A stretch of DNA of 64,000 bases from Somniosus microcephalus. Taxonomy: Eukaryota. The stretch is taken from contig CM126209.1 in the NCBI GenBank assembly GCA_052327205.1, positions 148,490,001 to 148,554,000 on the forward strand, given 5' to 3'. Positions within the stretch are counted from its first letter, which is position 1; every line of letters starts with the position of its first letter. The notes beneath the pieces are model-generated. The model made no database searches and was not told where the DNA came from. It saw only the letters and a list, made by a program, of their open reading frames with translations. The translations under genes and the position numbers were made by a program. Below are positions 1 through 11,888 of the stretch, piece by piece.

Positions 1-1211
1 TGCCCGACTATCATAAGGCGCTAAGCTGGCGAGCCAGGGCACAACCACCGAGGGCGGGCGCAGCGCAGGTGCGGCGAGTTTCTGAATGAAGGCAGACACG
101 CTGGCGCCGGTCAGCTCTTAAAGGGGGAGGGTCGACTTGTTTGGCTGCCATGCCCTGCACACTGCAGGCCTGAAGCAAGGCCTGACCATTGCTGGTTCAT
201 CAGTTCTACGCCCTGGACCATGGGGAAGCCCACTATTCTTCCAAATCCCATTCCACGCTCTTGCTGCTTGTCCAGGGTCATGGGGAAGGAGATGTACTGA
301 CGTCTCCTTCTGAAAAGGGCATTGTTCACCTGGTGGATGCAGCAATGTACCGCGAACTGGGAGATGTTGGCAATGTCCCCAGTAGCGGATTGGAAGGAGT
401 CACCTTCACTGCCACCGACAGAGACGTCCTGCTCCTCAGCTGTGGCTGCAGATCTCTGCGAAGCAGAGTGGCAGATCTCATTGACCACCTCCCTTCTGAA
501 TTGCAGCCTCTGAACACACTGCTCCTCAGACATGTTCAGATATGAGAACTGCTGGCGGTATACCCTGGGTGGGTAAGGCCTCCTGTGCCGACGCCTGTTG
601 GCCCTTCTCCGTCTGGCCATGACTGGCACTCTATCATGGCGCCTCTGGTACCTTTGAATGCAATGCGGAAAGCCAACATTTCCACCCATTGCAGCCCCCA
701 TTATATGTGGCGACTCAAGGCTATGGCACTGAAAGTGAAATCCAAGTGCAAAGCTCTGGCCTGAAGCCAGAAGTACCTCTGCGAGCGCTTAGTCAAAGCA
801 GAAAGCTCTCTGCCTTTGTCTCTCTCCAAGTATCCGTCTCTCACACAGAAGGATTGGCACAAAATGGCTGCCACTTATAATGCAGGAGGAGTCCCCTTTA
901 AATAGCGCCCCCCCGCGCCCCGCAGTGAATGGGAACCGTTCCCCTCTACCAGTCGCTGGGGGCGCCAGGCGCAAAGAAGGGCGGCGCCACTGAAGTTCCG
1001 GTTCGGGGCGCACCAAGGGCGTTGCACCATGAAATGACATCACGATCTGCGCGCGCAGCTGAGCGGGCGCTGTGGTTTAGCGCCGCCGCTAAATCTTGAG
1101 TGAAGTTCGCGAGAGGCGCAGATCGTGCCGCGCATGGGCGCTAGCCGCTTAGCGCCCCACTTCTCCTCCTAAGGCGCTCGCGGCTGGCGCTAACAACTAA
1201 ATTTCTAGGCC
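1..1211 (-). mobile_element. Internally deleted non-autonomous Harbinger (relative of 52482-57315), running off the window start
   Basis: TIR CTAAATTTCTAGGCC ends at 1211 and is followed by ATT. The reverse complement of ~980-1211 aligns with 52482-52712, and 1-205 aligns with the Myb-promoter side (~56960-57170). Confidence 0.9.
209..701 (-). pseudogene. 5' fragment of Harbinger transposase
   Basis: MGAAMG...RPYPPRVYRQQFSYL...QCVQRLQFRREVV...GDIANISQFAVH...FPMVQG is collinear with the 52982 transposase and is truncated just before the first catalytic Asp. Confidence 0.85.
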
Positions 1212-2593
1212 ATTAAGTGTTTTACACGATAGTGATTAGCAAGTACTTTAAAGGAGTGCCTTGTATGCTGAATAGCATCATATTTTCTGCAGTTTTAGAT
1301 TAAATTCTTGGAAAAATGGTCTCATAAGAAATGAAAAATCAAAGTGTGGCGTAATTAACGGCTAGTTTAAAAAAAATATAATTTAGCCCAAGTCACTTTT
1401 TGAAGTAAAGCAGGTAATGGGAAACAAGGCGCATCCTTTCCTCTGTCTAAAAATTAGAAGACTTTGATACAGTAAAGACCATCCTAATTCTGGAAAAGTC
1501 CAAATAGTAACCCGATTCTGTCACTGCATTTTATACTTTCACAAAGCCAGATCTGAATTTGGTAGCTTGCATTGAAACTCACTGGTTTTTCTTGTCCTAC
1601 CAAGTGTTGCATTTTAAATTTTTAAATGGTATCTCAGTGATGTATCATCCAGCAAACTCAATGGAACTCCAAACATGAAGACATTAAGATGTTTCATTTG
1701 TTGATTAATGCAGTCTGGTTGTCAAAAAAGTAGAACGTGTGCATGTCCAGTCCACTCCAATCAGTTGAATTTTATTTGAAAAATTCACCTGTGATGTTGA
1801 ATCACATTTAAATATTTTAATATGAAATAAAACTAATTGTTTAGTTGCAGAATTATATTTCCAAGTAAATAGGGAAACTATTAAAGTAGAGATTCCTGAC
1901 CATCCTTGGATTTCTCTAGCTACCTTGACCTGGAGACAATCCAGTTAGTCCTTCATTGTTGCTGACTATGGTATGAAGTATGTTACGCAGGGGCTAGAAC
2001 AGGATTCATTCTTAAGTCAGGCCAAGCTCGGTGGAAAATGTTCCGTAATTGTGAACAAGCATACCTACTAGATGCAGTATTTCATATTTCAATGTCCAGA
2101 GCAAAAGCAGCTCAGGAAGGGTGTCTTAGAAATTAAGTTTTGAAATTTGGGCTGACTAAGTCTGTGCTGCGACACACACAGAGCTGACGAGTGGATTACG
2201 AGAGGAAACACAGAACGTGGAAGATTGATCTTCCGGAAACAAAAATTATTTCCAACTTTTACATTTGGTTTCAGAGTCCTTTTCTGAATGAATCAAGAAA
2301 TATATAAACCTGGTGATTGGCACGGGACTTATTTAAAAAAAATCATTTTCAGGATGAGAGCGTTGTTGGCAAGGCTACATATGTTGCTCATCCCTCATTG
2401 CCCTGAGCATGGTGGTGGTGGTGGATGGCCTTTTTGAACTGATTTGATACAACTGAGTAGCTTGCTAGGCCTCTTCAAAGGCAGTTAAGAGCCAATCACA
2501 TTGGTGTGGGACTGGAGTCACGTGTAGGCTAGACTCGCAAATGATGAAAGCTTCCTTCCCTAAAGGATATTTATAACAATCCAACAGATTTAT

Positions 2594-3379
2594 AAGGGGA
2601 ATTTTAACCCCCAAAAATGGGTGGTTTTGGGTTGGGTGGAAAGTAAAAATGTAAAAAATCTCAAACCCAAGCCCAGCCCACCTCAAACCTGCCCACTTCC
2701 AGTTTTAACAGAGGTGCAATTGGGCCAGGTGAGCAACCCGTTCCCAGGAGGCGGGTTGATCATTTAAATACTTTAATGAAGCTGTGTGCCTCAGATTTTT
2801 TGTCTGTTCCAGCTTCAACGCTTGCTGGCTGGGTTTCCTGGGCCTCGGGAAACCCGGCAGCTAAAATGAGGTTCAGGACTGCTGCATGGAACTGCTTGTG
2901 GGCCAGGAGGAGCAGGTGTATTTTCCCCAAGCCCTCCAAGAAAACCTGTTAACCTCTCCAGCGATCGGACACATCCCCACTTCGTGATTCAGTGTCCTCC
3001 TGATGTCATCCATAGCCTGCAATCTCCTCCCATGTCTACCCCCCCCCCCCATGTCCTCCATGGATCCCCTGCGATTTGCTCCCCTACCCCTCAGATCTCT
3101 CCGGCCCCTTCCATAATGTACTCTCCTCCTCTGATCTCTCCTGGCCTCACGACCAACCCCCCCCCCACCAACCCCCGATCCCTCCCTCTCTGCTCCCTGG
3201 CTGTGGCCTGGTGCTGAGGCCTACCCACCTGACAGCTCGCCAACCTCTCAGTCTGGCTGGCCACGACCGGGAAATGGTTTCCAAAAATGCTAATCAGGGC
3301 CTGCAGTTAAACCCATTCTTCCTAGGTTTCTCAACTGTTAAACTGCCACCCCTCCCCGCTCCCAATTAATATCGGGGCC
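2594..3379. mobile_element. Harbinger-type MITE
   Basis: Ends GGGGAATTTTAAC and ATTAATATCGGGGCC. Its body resembles 17387, 51526 (inverted) and 60804. Confidence 0.7.
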
Positions 3380-3604
3380 TTTAGTTACTTTTATATAATA
3401 GCATTTTATTTCCAGATTTTTAAACTGAATTCAAATCATCAACCTGCCATGGTGGGTTTTGAACGCTCAAACTCTTGATTACTAGTCCAGTAACAACCAC
3501 TACACTACCATATCTTTTATCACAGCAAAGGTAGTCTTAATACAGTCGTCACAGATGGAACATATGAAAAGAAACAACCATCAGGCCATTAAACTTGTTG
3601 CATT

Positions 3605-3988
3605 CATAGAAATATAGAAGATAGGAGCAGGAGTAGGCCATTCGGCCCCTCAAGCCTGCTCCGCCATTCAATGCTATCATGGCTGATCAACCAAATTCAG
3701 TACCCGGTCCCTGCTTTCCCCCCATACCCCTTGATCCCTTTAGCCCTAAGAAATATATCCAACTCCTTCTTGAATATATTTAATGTATTGGCCTCTACTG
3801 CCTTCCGTGGTAGAGAATTCCACAGGTTCACCACTCTCTGGGTGAAGAAATTCCTCCTCATTTCTGTCCTAAATGGCTTACCCCTTATCCTTAGACTGTG
3901 ACCCCTGGTTCTGGACTCTCCGACCATCGGGAACATCCTTCCTACATCTAGTCTGTCCAGTCCTGTCAGAATTTTATAAGTTTCAATA
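3605..3988 (-). mobile_element. Young CR1 LINE 3' end
   Basis: ORF IETYKILTGLDRL...RTRGHSLRI...RRNFFTQRVVNLWNSLP and a (TTCTATG)-type tail. Near-identical to 42521-42937 and 49576-49970. Confidence 0.92.
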
Positions 3989-3994
3989 GCAAAA

Positions 3995-4950
3995 CTTTGA
4001 TAAATGGGTGTCAAAGGAAAACCCACCAGTGGTTGAAGTCATTTTTGATGCACAGGAAGATGTTTCAGGTTGTCGGAGGTCAATCATCGCAGGCCCAGGA
4101 AATTGCTGGAGGAATTCCTCAAAGCAATGTTGCAGCCAAAGCATTTTCAGCTGCTTCATCAATAATATCCATCATAGCATCAGGAGTGGGGCTGTTTCCT
4201 GATGATTCCCCCAATAATGTAGCAGCCTACAGCAGAACTTCGATAATATCTAAGCTTAGGTTGACAAGTAGCATTCTTGCCACATAAGTGCAAGGTAATG
4301 ACCATCTCCAACAAGACCATCTCATTGTCAAGTTCCCACCATCAGCATCTTACAGATCACCACTGAACAAAAGCTTACCTGGAGTATCCATGTCAACATT
4401 GTGGCTACAAGAGCAGGGAAGATGCTAAATACTCTGTAATAAATGACCCCTCAAAGTCTCTTCTGTATCTACAACGCTCAAATCAGAAGTCTGATGGAAT
4501 AATGACTACTTGTCTGGATGGGCACAGCCACAACAATACTCTAGAAGCTTGACACCACCAAAGACAAAGCATTTTTCTTGATTGATACCCTTGTCTCTGA
4601 ACTCACTATCCACTCCCTCCACCACCAGTGCATTATAGTTGTTGTATGTACTATTTACAGGATGCACTGCAGCAACTCAACAAGCTTGCTTCAAAAGCAT
4701 CTCCCAAACCCATGACCTCTACTACAATGTAGGATTAGAGCAGCAAGATCATGGGAAAAATCAAGTACCCGTCCAAGTCTCTCACCATCTTAACATGAAC
4801 ATGCAAGGCTGCTTAGTCAAAATCCTAGAATTTCCCACCTAACATCATCATGGGAGCACTATCAACACACGCTGCAGCAGTTAAACCAGAAGGCCCACCA
4901 TCATCATCTCAGAGCAATTAGAGCTGGGCAATCAATGCAGTATTGCTCAT
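3995..4950 (+). mobile_element. Decayed CR1/L2-group LINE 3' part
   Basis: Degenerate RT sequence collinear with 32495-33520, with the same CAATTAG...GGGCAAT.AATGC tail. Confidence 0.7.
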
Positions 4951-5164
4951 ATCCATGAACAAGTAATAAAAAATAAAGTGTGTAACCTTGCACACAATCC
5001 TCCCACCCTCTAGTAAGGCAAAAAAGAGGGGGGAAAGGCTAATTCAGGAAAAACATATAAATGTAAAATAATCTTTGTATTCTTTCAAGGAGTGATGTTA
5101 TACATTGATATGTTGAAGTGCATTTTTGTACCACTAACTAACTTTCAGAAAACAGAGTGCTTGC

Positions 5165-5483
5165 ACTTGTGGGGAAGAGCAAAACTAGAGGCCATCAATA
5201 TAAGAGTCACCAAGAAATCAAATGGGGAATTCAGAAGAAACTTCTTTACCCAGAGAGTGGTGAGAATGTGGAACTCGCGAACACAAGGAGTGGTTGAGGT
5301 GAATAGTATAGATGCATTAAGGGAAGGCTAGATAAGCATATGAGGGAGAAGGGAATAGAGGGTTATGCTGATAGTTAGATGAGGAAGGATGTTAGGAGGC
5401 TCAAGTGGAGCATAAACAGCAGCATGGACTGGTTGGGCCGAATGGCTTCTTCCTGTGCTGTATATTCTGTGTAATTCTGTGTA
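5165..5483 (+). mobile_element. CR1 LINE 3' end
   Basis: RRNFFTQRVVRMWNS motif and a (ATTCTGTGT) tail. Same subfamily as 20905-21238. Confidence 0.85.
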
Positions 5484-6766
5484 AAATTGAATGATGGAGT
5501 TGCTTCCAAAAAGTGCTAATTACCCTAGTTACAGGCATGGCAAAATAGAATCAGGTCCTAATTATGCACAAAACGCTGTATTTATTCAAATGATGTCCAA
5601 CTTCTCTCTGATTTAGTCATATAATGTGATTTTCTTTTTAATATGGTAACAAGATATACCAACAGAATAAGCTGACTAATGATAATCCCATTGTATAATT
5701 GTATTGTGACTCCAGTGAACATTATAGCTGCACTTAGTACTTTAGGTATTACATACGTATGAGGGGCGAGTTTGGAAAAATAGCTTAAAAGGTATGGCGG
5801 TAGATAAGCAATGGCTAGCATTTAAAGAAATAGTTCATAATTCTCAACAAAAATACATTCCATTGAGAAACAAAAACTCCATGGGAAAAGTGATCCAACG
5901 GTGGCTAACTAAAGAAGTTAAGGATAGCATTAGATTGAAAGAAGAAGCTTATAAAGTTGCAAAGAATAGTTGTAAGCCTGAGGAGTGGGAAAGTTTCAGA
6001 AACCAGCAAAGGATGACCAAAAAATTGATAAAAAGGGAAAAAATAGAATACGAGACAAAACTAGCAAGAATTATAAAAGCAGATTGTAAGAGCTTCTACA
6101 AGTATGTAAAAAAGAACAGTAGCAAAAGTAAATGTTGGATCCTTAGAAGCAGAGACAGGAGAAATTATTATGGGGAATAAGGAAATGGCAAACATGTTAA
6201 ACAAATATTTTGTATCTGTCTTCACAGCAGAAGACACAAAAAGCAAACCAAAAATGGTAGGGAACCAAGACTCTAATGAGGGTGAGGGACTTAACGTAAT
6301 TAATGTAAGTAGAGAAAAAGTACTAGAGAAACTAATGGGACTAAAAGCCGACAAATCCCCATGACCTGATGGCCTACATCCTCGGGTTCTAAAAGAGGTA
6401 GCTGAAGAGATAGTGGATGCATTGGTTTTGATCTTCCAAAATTCCCTAGATTCTGGAACTGTCCCAGTGGATTGGAAGGTCACAAATGTAACCCCGCTAT
6501 TCAAGAAAGGAGGGAGAGAGAAAACAAGGAACTATAGGCCAGTTAGCCTGACATCAGTCGTCGGGAAAATGTTGGAATCCATTGTTAAGGAAGTGGTATC
6601 AGGGCACTTAGAAAATCATAACATGATTAGGCAGAATCAACATGGTTTTATGAAAGGGAAATCATGTTTGACAAATTTATTTGGAGTTTTTTGAGGATGT
6701 AAATATTAAGGTAGATAAAGGGGAACCAGTGGATGTAGTATATTTGGATTTCCAAAAGGCATTCGA

Positions 6767-7793
6767 ACCAGTGGTGTACCGCAGAGATCGGTGCTGGGTC
6801 CTTTGCTGTTTGTAGTGTACATTAATGATTTAGACATGAATATAGGAGGTATGATCAGTAAGTTCGCAGATGACACGAAAATTGGTGGAGTGGTAAATAG
6901 CGAGGAGGGAAGCCTCAGGCTACAGGACGATATAGATGGGTTGGTCAGATGGGCAGAACAGTGGCAAATGGAATTTAACCCTGAAAAGTGTGAGGTGATG
7001 CATTTTGGGAGGACTAACAAGGCAAGGGAATACACAATGAATGGTACGATCCTAGGAAGGACAGAGGATCAGAGGGACCTTGGTGTGCATGTACATAGAT
7101 CCCTGAAGGCAGCAGGACAGGTAGATAAGGTGGTTAAAAAGGCATATGGGATACTTGCCTTCATTAGCCGAGGCATAGAATATAAGAGCAGGGAGGTTAT
7201 GATGGAGCTGCACAAAACACTAGTTAGGCCACAGCTGGAATACTGTGTGCAGTTCTGGTCGCCACACTATAGGAGAGATGTGATTGCATTAGAGAGGGTG
7301 CAGAGGAGATTCACCAGGATGTTACCTGGGCTGGAGCGCTTCAGCTATGAAGAGAGACTGGACAGGCTGGGTTTGTTTTCCTTAGAGCAGAGAAGGCTGA
7401 GGGGGTCCTGATTGAGGTGTACAAAATTATGAGGGGCATAGATAGGGTAGATAGAAAGGAACTTTTCCCCTGAGTAGAGGGGTCAATAACCAGGGGGCAT
7501 AGTTTCAAGGTAAGGGGCAGGAGGTTTAGAGGGGTTTTGAGGAAAAACTTTTTCACCCAGAGGGTGGTTGGAATCTGGAACTCACTGCCTGAAAGTGTGG
7601 TAGAGGCAGGAACCCTCACAACATTCAAGAAGCATTTAGGTGAGCACTTAAAATGCAATAGCATACAAGGCTACGGACCAAGCGCTGGAAAATGGGATTA
7701 GAATAGACAGTGTTTGATGGCCGGCGCGGACACGATGGACCGAAGGGCTTCTTTCTGTGCTGTATAACTCTATGACTTTATGACTATGACTAT
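6767..7793 (+). mobile_element. Nested younger CR1 LINE (RT C-terminal half plus tail)
   Basis: Interrupts the host at GCATTCGA|...|GATAAGGTGCC. Carries LGPLLFVVYINDL...KFADDTK and a (CTATGA)n tail. Confidence 0.9.
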
Positions 7794-8093
7794 GATAAGG
7801 TGCCACTTAAAAGGTTATAGCACAAGATTAGGGCTCATGGGGTTGGGGGTAATATAATAGCATGGATAGAGGATTGGTTAATGGACAGAAAACAGAGAGT
7901 AGGGATAAACAGATCTTTTTCAGGTTGGCAGGCTGTAACTAGTGGGGTGCCATAAGGATCAATGTTGGGGCCTCAGCTATTTACAATCTATATTAATGAC
8001 CTAGATGAAGGGACCGAATGTAATGTATCCATGTATAATGTTTGCTGATGGTACAAAGCTAGGTCTGACAGTAAGCGGTGAGGAGAACACAAG

Positions 8094-8867
8094 GGGCGCG
8101 CTCTTGTCAGCCGTGGGGAGGCGGGTATGGAGGCGGGACTGCCGGGAAAACGGCAGAATTTGGGTCGGGTGCCCAACCCGCCTCCATGCCATCTTGCCAG
8201 GAGGCGGGTATACCGTCCCGCGCCGGGTCCCGTCTCCTTGGAGGCGGGAAGGGATTACAGCCACTTAACAGAAAATAGGCTTATCACCATTTTGCCCACA
8301 CAAGTGCGGGCTTCCTGAAGACGCCAAACCCCGCCAGGGTCACCGAGGCGAGTAGTGAGTCAAAAAGTGTGCTGTGGAGGTAAGGGATGGGTGCAAGTGT
8401 GGAGAGGTGAGTATCTGAGGTAAGTGCAAAGTGTTAGAAAAAGTGTACTTACCTTTGTTTCTTCCTGCAGGCTTCAGTCGGTGGGTATGCAGAGAGTCTT
8501 GCACCTCTGCGGCAAAGATGACAGATGGCCGTTGCATTCTCCAATGCAACAACCATCTCATTTCTGCAAAAGAAAGAGGTTTGATGAGGTCTTGAATTCA
8601 GGACTTCATCAAACTACAGAGAATGTCACCATTTGACAGCTTCACAGACCTGTCAAACGATGGCGATTCATCTGTCAAAAATTTTTGACAGATGAAACGT
8701 CATACGTTGACGTTCTCTGCAACCGGCTTTCCCTTAATTGACCTGCTGGGCAGGTTTAACAATGTCACGGAAATAGCGTGGGTTGGCCAGAAGTTGATGG
8801 AGGCGGGACTGAAACCCGACAAGTGAGAGTCCCGCCTCCAAAAGCCCCCTTTGGCAAAATCACCCCC
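8094..8867. mobile_element. Harbinger-type MITE inserted in CR1
   Basis: Imperfect 13-bp TIRs. The host reads AACAC-AAG[..]ATA-GAGTCT. Contains a perfect internal 30-bp palindrome at 8667-8696. Family mate at 47580. Confidence 0.8.
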
Positions 8868-10642
8868 ATAGAGTCTGCAAAGGGATAGACTAAGTGAGTG
8901 GGCAGTAAGGTGGCAGATAGAGTATAATGTGGGGAAATGTGAGGTTATTCACTTTGGTAGGAAGAATAGAAAAACAGAATTTTTTTTAAATGGTGAGAAA
9001 CTTTCAAATGTTGGTGTTCGGAGAGATTTGGGTGTCCTTGTGCAAGAAACACAGAAAGCTAGCATGCAGGTACAGCAAGCAATAAGGAAGGCAAATGGCA
9101 TGTTGGCCTTAATTGCAAGGAGATCAGAGTATAAGAGTAAGGAAGTCTTGCTACAATTGTATAGGGCCTTGGTGAGACCACACCTGGAGTACTATGCACA
9201 GTTTTGGTCTCCTTATCTAAGGAAGAATATACTTGCCTCGGAAGCGGTGCAACGAAGGTTCACTAGATTGATTCCTGGGGTGAGAGAGCTGTCCTATGAT
9301 GAGAGATTGTGTAGAATGGGCCTATACTCTCTGGAGTTTAGAAGAATGAGAAGTGATCTCATTGAAACATACAAGATTTTGAAGGGGATTGACAGGGTAA
9401 ATGCTGAGAGGTTGTTTCTCCTGGTTGGAGTGTCTAGAATTAGGGGGCATAGTCTCAGGATAAGGGGTAGGCCATTTAAGACCAAGATGAGGAGGAATTT
9501 CTTCACTCAGAGGGTTGTGAATCTTTGGAATTCTCTGCCCCAAAGGGCTGTGAATGTTGAGTCTTTGAGTATATTCAAGGCTGAGATAGATAGATTTTTG
9601 GACTCTAGAGGAATCAAGAGATATGGAGATTGGGCGGGAATGTGGACTGAGGCCAATGATCAGCCATGATTTTATTGAATGGCAGAGTAGGCTCGAGGGG
9701 CCGTATGGCTGACTCCTGCTCCTAATTCTTATGTTCTTTAGTAAAAGTGACATCCCCTTCCCCAGCATACATCATATTAGAACATTAATATAGCCAATGA
9801 TGAATCAATTTGTTCTGAATTTTGAAGTGTTTTAAACATTCTTATGATACTACATCTGTTCTTTGATGTTTGTTTTAAAAAGGCTTTAAACAATGTATTT
9901 TTAATGCCTGCTGTTCTAACGAATCAGATGGCTGTCATTAATCTGCATGCTAATCTCACTCCATTGAGTTTGTAGTGGCAGCATGTACAATATTAATTGT
10001 GCACTTGGGGGGCAGTTCATGTACTCGATAGCAGCTTTCCTGAACAGCGCAGTTCTTACTTTATTGGTGATGGTACAAACTTGTCAGTGTGTCGAGAGTT
10101 AAATGTGTATTGGTAGTTAAATCAACCTCCACCAGCCGACATGCTTTGATCGCCTTCATTTTGCCTCCACAAGATGAAATGCAGTGTTAATGGCTGTGTT
10201 TTAGTTGTAACAATTGCTGGGAAACATCTAATGTTGTTATTTTTTTCTAATGGTATTTAAATAGTGAAGGAACAGGAGGTCACCTTGTGAGGGAAGTCTA
10301 TCCTGCAGCTGTGATTTCAAAGGGGATGTATGAGTCATGGTGAACAGAGACCTTCATGTGATTAGAATGAAAGAGTGCTGTGATGGAAGGCAGTAGGCAG
10401 TGATGGAAAAGTATGCAGTGATACAAAAAATGTACCCTCATTAATACAAATTGTATCTCCTTCCAAATGAGTATCCAGATGTTTGTGGATAGGTTCAACC
10501 CAAGATTTTTTTTTACATGCAATATATTCTAACAATGCAGTCTAAATTAGAATTTTTACAAATTGCAAATAATAAAGAAACAATAACTGTTTGGCCAATT
10601 GGCTATGACATGGCAAAGTGAAATAGAAAGATAACTCTGCTT

Positions 10643-10862
10643 GTGTCTAGTTAATGATATGGCTATCAGAAACAGATGGAGTATTAATTTTGCATTATTT
10701 GGTTTTTTTACATCATGAAAGCTGTAAAAGTAAGCAGGCTTAAATGATTAATCTTGGTCAATGCAATGTAATGAAACTAACATTACAAACAACTAAAGTT
10801 AATTACTGTAAATGTCCTGGATTTCACAAAGTTAGAATTTATAACCAATGGAAAGCGTAATA
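10643..10862 (+). repeat. Left arm (part 1) of long-range inverted repeat
   Basis: Reverse complement of ~58658-58880. Perfect 40-nt match between 10715-10754 and 58764-58803. Confidence 0.92.
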
Positions 10863-10867
10863 CTAGA

Positions 10868-11727
10868 AAAAAAGAAAGACTTGCATTTCTATAGCGCCTT
10901 TCACAAACTCATGATGTCCCAAACTGCTTTACAGTCAATTAAGTACTTTTGAAGTGCAGTCGCTGTTGTAATGTAGGAAACAGCAGCCAATTTGCGCACA
11001 ACAAGCTTCCCCAAACAGCAATATGACAACGACCAGATAATTTTTTTTTGTGATGTTGATTGAGGGACAAATATTGGCCAGGAAACTGGGGATAACTCCC
11101 CTGCTCTTCTTTGAAATAGTGTCATGGAATCTTTTACGTCCACCTGAGAAAGCAGACAGGGCCTCAGTTTAACATCTGATCTAAAAGACAGCACCTCCGA
11201 CAGTGCAGCACTCCCTCAGTACTGCACTGGAGTGTCAGCCTAGATTTTTGTGCTCAAGTCTCTGGGGTGGGACTTGAACCCACAACCTTCTGACTCAGCG
11301 GCGAGAGTTTTTAAAAATTCATTCATGGGATATGGGCGTCATTGGCAAGGCCAACATTTATTGATCATCCCTAATTGCCCTTGAGAAGGTGGTGGCGAGC
11401 TGCCTTCTTCAACCGCTGCAGTTCGTGAGGTGAAGGTACTCCCACAGTGCTGTTAGAGAGGGAGTTCCAGGATTTTGACCCAGCGACGATAAAGGAACGG
11501 CAATATATTTCCAAGTCAGGATGGTGTGTGACTTGGAGGGGAACTTGCAGGTAGTGGTGCTCCCATGCGCCTACTGCCCCTGTCCTAGGCAGTAGAGGTC
11601 TCGAGTTTGGGAGGTGCTGTCAAAGAAGCCTTGATGAGTTGCTGCAGTGCATCTTGTAGATGGTACACACTGCAGCCACGGTACACCGGTAGTGGAGGGA
11701 GTGCCACTCACTGAGCCATGGCTGACA
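10868..11727 (-). mobile_element. tRNA-headed Deu-domain SINE (SacSINE1/AmnSINE-like), interrupted by a LINE fragment
   Basis: Deu core (CCCCTGCTCTTCTT...TCCACCTGAGA..GCAGAC..GGCCTC.GTTTAAC), B-box-like TTGAACCCAC and the tail GCATTT.TATAGCGCCTTT. The head resumes at 11701. Confidence 0.85.
11310..11700 (-). mobile_element. CR1/L2-group LINE 3' end inserted in the SINE
   Basis: Reverse complement of ~33125-33515. Confidence 0.85.
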
Positions 11728-11732
11728 CTCGA

Positions 11733-11888
11733 AAGAGAATAAGTCGTGTCATTTTTCAGTCATTAAACACAACTAGCTTTTCATAACGGAATGACTCAAA
11801 ATTGTTATCGATTCAAAGTGCTGCTTCTGGCCTTGTGCTTACATTTTTTTGGACTGTTTTAATTGCATAATTGTTACACTTGAAAAGC
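11733..11888 (+). repeat. Left arm (part 2) of long-range inverted repeat
   Basis: Reverse complement of 58496-58655. Perfect 30-nt match between 11859-11888 and 58496-58525. Confidence 0.92.

Larger units (their letters stand above)
5793..9739 (+). mobile_element. 5'-truncated CR1 LINE (frameshifted ORF2) hosting two nested insertions
   Basis: KSP.PDGLHP, NYRPVSLTSVVGK, QHGFMKGKSCLTNL, FADGTKLG, the C-terminal RNFFTQRVVNLWN and a TTCTTATG tail. The host sequence resumes after each insertion. Confidence 0.9.

Noticed and set aside
11255-11305. tRNA gene
   Set aside because: B-box-like head of a SINE, interrupted by a LINE, with no complete cloverleaf.
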